Source of the DNA: Candidatus Bathyarchaeota archaeon
GTDB taxonomy: Archaea > Thermoproteota > Bathyarchaeia > TCS64
Assembly: GCA_043826455.1 (NCBI GenBank)
Contig: JBDRQD010000066.1
Span: forward strand, 1 to 64,000
DNA length: 64,000 bases
Direction: 5' to 3'
Below are positions 18,558 to 27,476 of the stretch, one piece after another (position 1 is the first letter of the stretch; the number at the start of each line of letters is the position of its first letter). Position numbers and translations under genes: made by a program. A model generated the notes under the pieces. That model saw only the letters and a list, made by a program, of their open reading frames with translations, searched no databases and was not told where the DNA came from.

Positions 18558-18682
18558 CGCGCATCAAGGATACCTGCGCCCCGCACCCTTAAAACATGCC
18601 ACAGCAGAGCCCCAGTAATTCAGCGAAAAGTAATGCTTTATACAACACAAGACCCCCAAGAATACCATCAAGAGGTTAAACT

Positions 18683-18967
18683 ATGAACACGGTTAAGGTT
18701 GAAGGAAAAAAGAAGAAGAACAAGGTCTTCCTCTACACCCTCAGCACCTGCGGATGGTGCAAGATGACCAAACAGTACCTCAAAGACAACAACATAGCCT
18801 ACGAGTACCTGGACGTGGACAAGTGCAGCAAAGAGGAGCAGCAGGAGGCCGTCGAGGACCTTAAACGCAGAAACGCCCCCGTGACCTTCCCCGCCATCAT
18901 AATCAACGACGAGACCCTCATCTCCGGATTCAAGAAAGACGCAATAGCTGAGGCCCTGGGCCTATGA
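18683..18967 (+). CDS. Glutaredoxin/NrdH-like protein
   Basis: YTLSTCGWC, TFP, GF. Confidence 0.9.
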   Translation: MNTVKVEGKKKKNKVFLYTLSTCGWCKMTKQYLKDNNIAYEYLDVDKCSKEEQQEAVEDLKRRNAPVTFPAIIINDETLISGFKKDAIAEALGL

Positions 18968-19506
18968 CCACCCTCGACGAAGTGAAGAGGAGAGCCGAGC
19001 AAGACGCCAAGAGCAGGGGCATGTATCTGACCCCTGACGAAGGCCTCCTCAAGAACCTGCTGGAGGGTCTCAAGGAGAACGAGGACCGCTACGGCTACCA
19101 TTCATGCCCCTGCAGGATAGCCAGCGGAGTCTTCGACTTGGACCGGGACATCATCTGCCCCTGCGACTACCGGGACCCGGATGTGGCCGAGTACGGCACC
19201 TGCTACTGCTGCCTCTACGTGGACCAGGAGGCCCATGAGGGTAAGAAGGAGGCCAAACCCATCCCGGAGAGAAGGCCATTGGATAAGCAGATGAGAGGCC
19301 TCGGCATGGAGGAACCCGAGTCGAAGGAGACGACGCCCAAGGGCAGCATAAACGCCACTGACAGGATACTATTCTACTGTAAGCAGTGTGGCTACGTCGT
19401 GTTCAGGAACGAGCCCCCCTATGTGTGCCCCATCTGCAGAGCCAAACGAGAGATGTTCCAGGAGATAGTAACCACCCAGGGCTACTACACCAGGAAACTG
19501 ACCTAG
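18964..19506 (+). CDS. Ferredoxin:thioredoxin (disulfide) reductase catalytic subunit with C-terminal rubredoxin-like domain
   Basis: CPC, CPC, CYC motifs plus CKQCG...CPIC. Confidence 0.92.
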   Translation: MTTLDEVKRRAEQDAKSRGMYLTPDEGLLKNLLEGLKENEDRYGYHSCPCRIASGVFDLDRDIICPCDYRDPDVAEYGTCYCCLYVDQEAHEGKKEAKPIPERRPLDKQMRGLGMEEPESKETTPKGSINATDRILFYCKQCGYVVFRNEPPYVCPICRAKREMFQEIVTTQGYYTRKLT

Positions 19507-19923
19507 CTACTCCTTCTCCACCAGCACAGCCGTGCCCGTCGCAGATATGACGACGACGCCCAACTGCAGGCCTATGTCGCTGGACTCCATGTCCAAGCCC
19601 ACAATGGCATTGGCTCCCAGAGACCGAGCCTTATCCTTCACCCTCTGCATGGCGTCCACCCTGGCCTTCTCCAGCTCGCTGGTGAAGGCGGTGACCTCGC
19701 CGCCGAACATGGACTCGAACCCGGCCACGAACTTGCCCAGGAAGCCTCTTGTCCTAGGGGTGAGCCCCGTCACCACGCCGAATACCTTCTTGATCCGGTA
19801 CCCGGGGATCGTGGGGGTCGTCACTATGATGAAGTTATCAGCGTCGCTGCTGGTCTCTGACCCGCACTTGGGGCAGAACTGGGCGTCCTCAGGCAGGTCA
19901 GCTCCACATGTACCGCACTTCAT
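19507..19923 (-). CDS. Zinc-ribbon plus YbjQ (UPF0145) domain protein
   Basis: CGTCG...FCPKCG; TTPTIPGY, GGE, GANAIVG, ATGTAV. Confidence 0.9.
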   Translation of the reverse strand: MKCGTCGADLPEDAQFCPKCGSETSSDADNFIIVTTPTIPGYRIKKVFGVVTGLTPRTRGFLGKFVAGFESMFGGEVTAFTSELEKARVDAMQRVKDKARSLGANAIVGLDMESSDIGLQLGVVVISATGTAVLVEKE

Positions 19924-19978
19924 GCACTATCCAGTAGAATATGAGAGACGTGTACAATAAATGTAGTGAAAAAAGGGG

Positions 19979-22513
19979 CTAGCCCACCAGGGCGTTGAAG
20001 AACAGCTTGAAGGTGGCGTCCGTCAGGGCCCTCATCTGGGGCGCGAACCCGTACAGCACCACCTTGCCCTCCTTCACCTTAGCATCTATGAGGGCCGCCT
20101 TCCTAGCTAGGTGCTTCTCCCCTATCAGCCAGCCGCTCTGCATTATGTTCTCCTCGGGGTAGCTCACCACCACGCCGTAGTCCTCGTTGCGGTGAACGGC
20201 CTTCACGGCGTAGGCGTGGTTACCCCTAAGCAGAATCAGCCCCCTCTCAGGCATCCCGTAGCCCAGCGGGTGCATGCGGTCTATGTTCACCCAGAGGGTG
20301 GAGCCGGGGCAGTGGAACTCCTTGGGCTGAAGCTCCTTCACGGTGTTAAGCACCTGGACCCCCAGTTTCTCGGCGGCGAACTCGCAGCTCTCGTAAAGGC
20401 AGAGGAGGGTGCCCCCCTTCTCCACCCACTCCTTCAGCTTCTTCACCCCCTCCTCGCCGATGCCGGTCTTGTACTCGGGGGGCAGAACAGGGGCTGTGAC
20501 GGCGCCCTTATGCTTTTTCTCGTAGTACTCGTCCACTTTCTCGCCGGTGATGAGGGCCGGCGGGTCGCTTGGAAGTATCAGAACGTCGAAACCTTCCAGC
20601 CCCTCCTTAATCTCCTTGTCCATGACTGTGGCGTACTGGAAGCCGTACTGTTCAAGCAGCCACCTGGTCCACCCCTCATCCATGTTTCCACCCCAGTACC
20701 TCTGGTACATGGCGACCCGGAGAGGCTTAACCGGCGCATGCTTGAACCCGGGCTCCCCCTCAAGGCCGATGAGCCTGAGGTGGGTCTCCTCAGCCACCCT
20801 CTTCAGGGCCTTATCCTTGCCCTGCGCCGGGACGTAGAAGGCGCCGGCGGGCAACTTGACGCCCTTAACCTCCGCGTCCTCGGTTACCCTGTGAACCTGC
20901 ACCCCAGCCCCGTGGAGTAGGTTCAGCGCCTTGAAGCTGTCATTGATGCGCCCGTCGATGACATGCCCGTGCGAGGACTTGTCAACGGAGCCCTTAGGCG
21001 GCTTCACCGCGTCCACGGCCCTGAAGCTGCCCACGGGTATAGCCTCGGCCTCCACCACCCTGACCCCCTTGAACTCGGCCATGGTCTGGGTGGCGAAGTC
21101 GTAGTTCATCATGGGGACGCCCTCGGGGGTCCTAACCCACAGGTTGTCCCTGTACGCGGTCTTGCATAGGAGGCTGACAATGAAGGGCCGGGCGGTCTGG
21201 CATGAGAAGATCACATGCGAGCCCTTAGGGTAAGCGACGTCGCCCACCTTGAACTCGGCCTCCGCCACGTGAACCTCCACGCTCATGTCCTGAAGGGTCC
21301 TCAGCAGCCTGTAAACCGTGTTAGGGTCAGCCTGGCCAGGCGGAACAATGAAAGCGTAGGGGGCCTCGGCTCTACCCTTCTCTATGGACCTCGAAGCCTT
21401 AGCGTACATGTTCCGTAGAACCATCTCGCGGTTGTTGGCGGCCACCTCCAGGGTCGCCATGGCAGCGGCCATCTGCCCCCTCATGAGGTCGCCTAGGCGC
21501 CACCAGCCGCCCCTCCAGGGGTCGTTGAAGTTGACGGAGGCCCTGTACTCGGGTCTGCCCCTGGGGTGAGGCTGCAGCTGGTGGTAGTGCACGTAGACGG
21601 GCGTGGCCCCCTTGACGCTGGCCGACTCGGTGAACATGCCGCAGATGCCGAACCAGGGAAACACGAGGCTGAACCCGGGCATGAAGTCGGCAGGGAAAAC
21701 CGCGGCTTGCTCGACGCCGCTGATGCCCTCAGACGCCATCCTCACGGCCATCTGGGCCCCGTAGTGCTTCTGCTCGGTCCACACCAGGGGGTCAGCCACC
21801 TCGTTCACCGGGTTGCTGTTAGGCGGTATGAAGAACCTGGACCCGTAGAAGCCCATCTGGTGGTGATCCACGTAGGCCTGTGGGAACCACTCCTTAAGCA
21901 GAACCCTGTTCATTATCTGGGTCTCCACCTGGGTCAGGGTGAGGGCGTCCCTGTTGTTGTCGTGGCCCACGTACTTGTGGTAAAGCCATGGAAGGCCGCA
22001 GCCCTCGTACTCCGTGTCAAGGTACTTGTCGTACCAGTCCACGGTCATCACCTGTCCGTCAGGGTTGGCGCAGGGGAACAGGAGAAGCACCACGTTGTCC
22101 CTGATCCGACTGGTGAGCTCATCCTCTGAGGTCGCGAGCCTGTAGACGAGGTCGGAGGCGACCTGGGTGCCACCCACCTCACTGGCGTGAATGCTCATGG
22201 TCATGGCCACCACTGCCTTACCTTTCCTCACTATCTCCTCTATCTCAGCCTCGGTGGCCGAGCCCGGGTGACTTATCCTCCAACTCTCACTCCGGATATC
22301 GTCCAGCCTCTCCAGGTTCTCCTCGCTGCTGACGTAGGCGAGGATCATGGGGCGGCCCTCAGTGGACCTCCCCGCCTCCACCACCTTTACACGGCTCGAA
22401 GACTCGTCCAAGTGCCAGAAGTACTCCACGACCTTGTCCCAGCGGACCAGCTTCCTGTCCGTCCCAGGTTTGAAGCCGTAGAAACCTTCCGGAGCCATAA
22501 TTTTGCCACTCAA
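19979..22513 (-). CDS. M14 zinc carboxypeptidase-family protein with C-terminal GATase-like domain
   Basis: GRSTEGR, IHASE, NPDG, DNNRD, DHHQM; no signal peptide; start TTG 22513 or ATG 22498. Confidence 0.9.
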   Translation of the reverse strand: MSGKIMAPEGFYGFKPGTDRKLVRWDKVVEYFWHLDESSSRVKVVEAGRSTEGRPMILAYVSSEENLERLDDIRSESWRISHPGSATEAEIEEIVRKGKAVVAMTMSIHASEVGGTQVASDLVYRLATSEDELTSRIRDNVVLLLFPCANPDGQVMTVDWYDKYLDTEYEGCGLPWLYHKYVGHDNNRDALTLTQVETQIMNRVLLKEWFPQAYVDHHQMGFYGSRFFIPPNSNPVNEVADPLVWTEQKHYGAQMAVRMASEGISGVEQAAVFPADFMPGFSLVFPWFGICGMFTESASVKGATPVYVHYHQLQPHPRGRPEYRASVNFNDPWRGGWWRLGDLMRGQMAAAMATLEVAANNREMVLRNMYAKASRSIEKGRAEAPYAFIVPPGQADPNTVYRLLRTLQDMSVEVHVAEAEFKVGDVAYPKGSHVIFSCQTARPFIVSLLCKTAYRDNLWVRTPEGVPMMNYDFATQTMAEFKGVRVVEAEAIPVGSFRAVDAVKPPKGSVDKSSHGHVIDGRINDSFKALNLLHGAGVQVHRVTEDAEVKGVKLPAGAFYVPAQGKDKALKRVAEETHLRLIGLEGEPGFKHAPVKPLRVAMYQRYWGGNMDEGWTRWLLEQYGFQYATVMDKEIKEGLEGFDVLILPSDPPALITGEKVDEYYEKKHKGAVTAPVLPPEYKTGIGEEGVKKLKEWVEKGGTLLCLYESCEFAAEKLGVQVLNTVKELQPKEFHCPGSTLWVNIDRMHPLGYGMPERGLILLRGNHAYAVKAVHRNEDYGVVVSYPEENIMQSGWLIGEKHLARKAALIDAKVKEGKVVLYGFAPQMRALTDATFKLFFNALVG

Positions 22514-22655
22514 TGGGATCACACACATGGTGACCTTACATTATTTAAGCTACAGCGCCAACTCCGTTAATCTGGGTCACCCACGTTTAGCACGGCCCCG
22601 GCATCTCTGTTTATATAGTTTAAATACCTGAACCGCTTTAAATATAGGGACTACC

Positions 22656-22982
22656 ATGAAGTTTGTCCAGCTGAAGTCCATCAGAGACATTGTTATGCTC
22701 GTGGCTTCCTCTCCTGCCTCAAACGTGGTTCAGCACATGGAGAGCAATGGCGAGAGCCTGTATTTCGTCATCGGCGGGACTCTTAGCGAGGTCTTCCTAT
22801 ACTTCGTTAAAATCGAGAAGCCTCTGGAAGGCAGCTTCATCACGTACAACAGCTACACGGGTGAGATAGGGTACAGCGACAAGGTGTTGACCGAGCCCAA
22901 CGTGAGCACCTTCCCCGTCATAGAGATTCAGAGCCAGAACCTGCTGCCAGCCGATATACTCGAGAAAGTGAGCAAACTGTAA
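22656..22982 (+). CDS. Conserved archaeal hypothetical protein upstream of tbp
   Basis: 108-aa ORF with upstream TTTAAATA; operonic with tbp. Confidence 0.8.
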   Translation: MKFVQLKSIRDIVMLVASSPASNVVQHMESNGESLYFVIGGTLSEVFLYFVKIEKPLEGSFITYNSYTGEIGYSDKVLTEPNVSTFPVIEIQSQNLLPADILEKVSKL

Positions 22983-23005
22983 GCGGACAGCTTCACGGAG
23001 GGTGA

Positions 23006-23680
23006 ATGATCATGAGTCGCAGAGACGTTGAAGAATTTGATAACGAGTTTGATGAAGAGTTAGACGAGGAAGAAGACCTCGACGAAGAGGACATTGACAA
23101 AAAAGAGGACACCGGGCCAAAAGAGCCAAAAGACCTGGCCATCAGCATCGAGAACGTTGTAGCCTCGGCGAGCCTCGACCAGAAGATCGACCTCCTGGCC
23201 ATCGTGAAGGTCTTCCTCAACGTTGAGTACAGGCCTAAACAGTTCCCCGGCCTCGTCTTCAGGCTTAAGAGGCCGAAGACGGCTACCCTCATCTTCGGGT
23301 CCGGCAAGATGGTGTGCACCGGAGCCAAGTCTGAGAAGATGGCCCGGAGCGCCGTTAAGAAGGTGGTGCGGGAGCTCAAGAACAACGGAATAATCATACT
23401 GGGTAAACCCAAGATAGTCATCCAGAACATAGTGGCTTCGGCCAACCTCCATGGCAAGATAGACCTGGAGACAGCCGCGGACATCATGGAGAACGTGATG
23501 TACAAACCCGAACAGTTCCCCGGCCTCATCTACCGCATGGGTGAGCCCAAGGTGGTGATGCTTCTGTTCGCTTCAGGCAAGCTGGTGTGCACAGGGGCGA
23601 AGCACGAGGACATGGTCCGTGAGGCCGTGGAGAAGCTCCACGAGATACTGGAGGACTTTGACTTAATCTACTACGAGTAG
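23006..23680 (+). CDS. tbp: TATA-box binding protein with acidic N-terminal extension
   Basis: Two repeats NVVAS/NIVAS...QFPGL...FxSGKxVCTGAK. Confidence 0.98.
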   Translation: MIMSRRDVEEFDNEFDEELDEEEDLDEEDIDKKEDTGPKEPKDLAISIENVVASASLDQKIDLLAIVKVFLNVEYRPKQFPGLVFRLKRPKTATLIFGSGKMVCTGAKSEKMARSAVKKVVRELKNNGIIILGKPKIVIQNIVASANLHGKIDLETAADIMENVMYKPEQFPGLIYRMGEPKVVMLLFASGKLVCTGAKHEDMVREAVEKLHEILEDFDLIYYE

Positions 23681-23691
23681 CCGGTGCTGGT

Positions 23692-24060
23692 TTGCCTCAG
23701 AAGAACAACAACCTTGAGCAGAAGGCCCTCAAACTCGTCTTCGACGCCGGAGACAAGGGCATCCTACAGAGCGAGCTCTGGAAGGAGCTGGGGGTCAGCA
23801 GCCGCGAAGGCTCGAGGATGGCCAAGAAGTTCGAGGAAAAAGACAAGGTGATCAGAGATAAGGTCCTGAACGATGGCAGGTGGACCTACAAGCTCTACAG
23901 CAAGAAGGAGCTCGTCACCCTGGACTCCGTCAAGGGGTGCCCCTGCCTCATATGCGACGAGGTGGACAAGTGTTTCCGAGGAGGAACCCGGGACCCCGTG
24001 TACTGCATGGCCCTGACCGCTTGGGTCGACCCCAGGATCGAGATGGAAGTCAACCAGTGA
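23692..24060 (+). CDS. tfeB: TFE beta subunit (archaeal RPC34 homolog; wHTH plus FeS domain)
   Basis: GILQSELWKELG...SR winged helix and PCLICDEVDKC...PVYC cluster, next to tbp. Confidence 0.85.
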   Translation: MPQKNNNLEQKALKLVFDAGDKGILQSELWKELGVSSREGSRMAKKFEEKDKVIRDKVLNDGRWTYKLYSKKELVTLDSVKGCPCLICDEVDKCFRGGTRDPVYCMALTAWVDPRIEMEVNQ

Positions 24061-24070
24061 GCGCCACAAA

Positions 24071-25054
24071 ATGGATGACGGAACAAAGGAACTGCTGAAG
24101 TACGGAGCCACGTTCATCGCCCTAATCGCCCTCTTCTACGGCGGCACCTTCATCCTGAGGCATACCCTGGGCACAGAGAACCCCATGATGGTGGTGATTA
24201 GCCAGAGCATGGTGCCGACCCTGGGAGTAGGGGACTTCATCTTCATCGAGGCCGTCGACGACTTTGACCACGTCGTTGCCGCCCCAGCCCCGGTGGGGGA
24301 CATACTCGTGTTTCTCAGGCCCGGCTTCGAGGACGAGTACATCGTCCACAGGGCGATAAACGGCGTGGAGACCGATGACGGCTGGGTGTACACCACCAAA
24401 GGTGATAACAACCCATTCCCAGATGGAGTCCCGGTGAGGGAGGGCAGAGTCATCGGGCGAGTCATCAACAGGCTGCCGATAGTTGGCTACTTCAGCCTCT
24501 TCATCAAAACCATGAAGGGCTTCCTGCTAGTTGCCGCCTTCATGGCTACAGCCTTCTTCTACGAGTACCTGCTCCCCAAAAAGGATGAGGTAGATAAGGG
24601 TAAACTGAATGTGCTTGCTCTGGGACCCTACCTCGTAGCGCTTGTGATACTAGTGATCCTGTACTTCAGCCCCGTGAACGTACTCGCCATGGAGTACGTC
24701 GTCATCGTGGCGTGGTACCTAGGGTGCTTCATTCTACCTCTATCCGCTCATGACGACGACATGGGTTTGATGATATGGCTGTACCACTTGGTCCTTGTTA
24801 TGGTGCCCATCGCCTGCGACGTCGTCTGGTGGACACGCGGGATCACGCCCAGCATGTGGTGGAGCTTCCAAGGTAGCATCGTCCCCGTCTCGTGGCTGCT
24901 AATCGAGGAGACCCCCATCTTCAACACAGCATTCATAATGATCCTAGTAATCCTACTACCCGGGTGCGCTCTTTTCCTCTTCAACATGTATGCGAAGAGA
25001 AAAGGTTGGGAACCCCTCTACTCTCTCAGTAAAAAGTTCAGAGGCATAGAATAA
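24071..25054 (+). CDS. Signal peptidase I (Sec11 type) with multi-TM C-terminal extension
   Basis: VISQSMVPTL..GD, IVHR, TKGDNN. Confidence 0.9.
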   Translation: MDDGTKELLKYGATFIALIALFYGGTFILRHTLGTENPMMVVISQSMVPTLGVGDFIFIEAVDDFDHVVAAPAPVGDILVFLRPGFEDEYIVHRAINGVETDDGWVYTTKGDNNPFPDGVPVREGRVIGRVINRLPIVGYFSLFIKTMKGFLLVAAFMATAFFYEYLLPKKDEVDKGKLNVLALGPYLVALVILVILYFSPVNVLAMEYVVIVAWYLGCFILPLSAHDDDMGLMIWLYHLVLVMVPIACDVVWWTRGITPSMWWSFQGSIVPVSWLLIEETPIFNTAFIMILVILLPGCALFLFNMYAKRKGWEPLYSLSKKFRGIE

Positions 25055-25439
25055 TATTTAGAATACCTGGATACCTTCTGTTTCTGTTTTATGTCGCGTC
25101 GGGAGGCACGCCTGAGCATCAGCCACGTCTGGGGCCTCGTACGCTATGGAATTAAAAATATTCGCCAATATAGGGTACCCCCCTACCTTTTTTCTCATCA
25201 GTTTACCCACTCTGCGCCACGATTTATGCGTGGAATGGACGGCGTTTTTGCATAGAATGGGATCGCATCGGACTGGTGCTGTGGCTCCTTTTGGCGTGGG
25301 GCGTCTGATTCCGGTTCATCTGCTCTACCCCCCTCCCCCCTCACTGGGGTTCCGATGCTGGCGTGGTGGGTGTATCGTTCCGCCAGGTGGCTTATACCGT
25401 CCTACATGGTATAAGGCGGAAAAAAATCCATCTCTTGTT

Positions 25440-25498
25440 CCATGTTTTCCTCGGTAAGATGCTTCCTCGTTTTGGAGGGTGATCTCCGGAAAACATGG
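25440..25498. other. Long inverted repeat / hairpin downstream of archaellin
   Basis: CCATGTTTTCC...GGAAAACATGG perfect 11-bp arms with further inner pairing. Confidence 0.6.
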
Positions 25499-25552
25499 TT
25501 TACAGAAAACAACTTTATAATAAATTGAAAAGAAGGGGTAAATTGAGTAGGT

Positions 25553-26170
25553 TTACTCAATCACCATTACGGTGCTGTAGACTGCGGGTATCTGCCTCTC
25601 GATGGCTAGGACCGCGCCCGTCGCTGGACGGACCTCGATCCTGAACTCCTCGTAGGGCCTTGTGTAAATGTCGGCACCAGTCGGATCCACATCGGCACTG
25701 TCCAAAGATTTGAAGTCCACGGTCACCTTGAACTTCTCGCCTGTCTCAAGCAGCTGGTCGCCGTCGCTGTTCACGCCTTTGATGGTCATGATGGTCCCGT
25801 TGGCGACTGCTGACGAGTAGAGCGTGCCGTGGCACCTCGCGTTGGTGTAGGTGGCCACCAGTTTGTCGCTGCTGAGGTCCATCGGCTCGTGTCCCTGGCT
25901 TAGCTTGATGTAGAAGGTCAGCTTGATTAGGCCGATGCCGGACTGGGCCCCCGTGACGTTCTCGAACTGGCCGACCATGCCGCTGTCCAATAGGATGGAC
26001 GAGCTGGCCTCGGTCATGCCTGCGCTGATCACTGACTGGGCCTTCTCAGCCGTCAGGAAGCCCATGTTCAGCACGACGAAAGCGAAGGCAGCCGCCGTGA
26101 TCACGAATGCGACGAGTATGATTGCAGTCTCAAGACCTGTCATCCCGCGTCTCTTTCCGAGTATATTCAT
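25553..26170 (-). CDS. flaB: Archaellin (class III signal peptide)
   Basis: KRRG/MTGLETAIILVAFVITAAAFAFVVL; DQLLETGEK; EVRPATGA. Confidence 0.92.
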   Translation of the reverse strand: MNILGKRRGMTGLETAIILVAFVITAAAFAFVVLNMGFLTAEKAQSVISAGMTEASSSILLDSGMVGQFENVTGAQSGIGLIKLTFYIKLSQGHEPMDLSSDKLVATYTNARCHGTLYSSAVANGTIMTIKGVNSDGDQLLETGEKFKVTVDFKSLDSADVDPTGADIYTRPYEEFRIEVRPATGAVLAIERQIPAVYSTVMVIE

Positions 26171-26348
26171 GTTTCTTTTTTCCTCCTTCTCCCCTTTAGG
26201 GGTGACTGGCGGTGATTTGACAAACCACGTATATAGCAAAATGTCTGAATGGTTTTAGTACCTACAAACAATCCAAAGGAAACCACCCATGCAGGCGTCT
26301 ACGCAGTAAAGTATAAAATGCTAAGATATAGTTTAACCCTGAATCGAG

Positions 26349-27386
26349 TTGAAGAATGTCAGAGTAGTGTCCTACGGCATCGGTGTTATCGGCCGGAGAC
26401 TTGCAGAGCACCTTCTCACAAAGGAAGGGATCGAGATCGTCGGAGCCATCGATATCAACCCGGATATCGTTGGTAAAGACCTCGGAGAAGTCCTGGGTAA
26501 AAAGAAGATAGGAGTCAAGATCAGCAGCGACGCGGACAAGGTGCTAAAGGAGACCAAGCCCGACATCGTGTGCCACACGACCATGAGCTACATGAGGCAG
26601 ACATATGATCAGTTCGCCCAGATACTCAAGCACGGGTGTAACATCGTCAGCACATGCGAGGAGCTGGGCTACCCCTACGCTACCAAGGAGGGCACAGAGT
26701 ACGCTAAAAAGCTGGATGAGATCGCTAAGAAGTACAAGGCAACTCTTCTGGGCACAGGCATCAACCCCGGCTTCCTCATGGACACGTTGCCCATCTTCCT
26801 GACGGGCCCATGCGAGCAGGTCGAGTCCATCTATATCACTAGGCAGATGAACGCGGCCACCCGACGCATACCCTTCCAGAAGAAGATCGGTGCAGGGATG
26901 ACCGTGGCCGAGTTCAGGGACGCCATTGACAACGGCAAGATCACGGGCCACGTTGGCTTGGAGCAGAGCATACAGATGATCGCCGACACCCTGGGCTGGG
27001 TGCTGGAGGAGATCAAGGTGGATGCCCCTGAGCCTGTTGTCCTGGATCACGACGTCTCCAGCGACGCCATAAAGGTCCCTAAGGGCAGGAACGCTGGAAC
27101 CAAGCAGATGGCCTGCGGCGTGGTAGACGGAAAGACCGCTATAACCATGGACTTCAGGGCCTACATCGGCGCACCGGAGGAGTTCGACAGCGTGGACATA
27201 GAGGGTGTCCCCCCCATCCACCAGAAGATAAGCCCATGCGTGCATGGTGACCACGGTACCATCGCGATGACGACGAACATGATACCCCATGTCATCAACG
27301 CGGAGCCCGGTCTGAAGACCATGGCCGACCTACCTGTTCCCCACGCGACGCCGGTCCACTTCGGAAAATACGTCAAAGAGAAGTAG
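26349..27386 (+). CDS. 2,4-diaminopentanoate dehydrogenase-like NAD(P) oxidoreductase (DapB-like N-terminus)
   Basis: YGIGVIG, STCEEL, GTGINPGFLMD, QKKIGAG, GHVG. Confidence 0.82.
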   Translation: MKNVRVVSYGIGVIGRRLAEHLLTKEGIEIVGAIDINPDIVGKDLGEVLGKKKIGVKISSDADKVLKETKPDIVCHTTMSYMRQTYDQFAQILKHGCNIVSTCEELGYPYATKEGTEYAKKLDEIAKKYKATLLGTGINPGFLMDTLPIFLTGPCEQVESIYITRQMNAATRRIPFQKKIGAGMTVAEFRDAIDNGKITGHVGLEQSIQMIADTLGWVLEEIKVDAPEPVVLDHDVSSDAIKVPKGRNAGTKQMACGVVDGKTAITMDFRAYIGAPEEFDSVDIEGVPPIHQKISPCVHGDHGTIAMTTNMIPHVINAEPGLKTMADLPVPHATPVHFGKYVKEK

Positions 27387-27476
27387 GGGATAACACCCCT
27401 TTCTTTGAACGCGGTACTTTATTTTATTTTAATTAACGGAAAAGGTTCCCAAAAATTATTGAAAGAAGAAGAGGCT

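Noticed and set aside
25146..25457. 103-aa ORF in the gap
   Set aside because: Atypical composition, no motifs, overlaps hairpins
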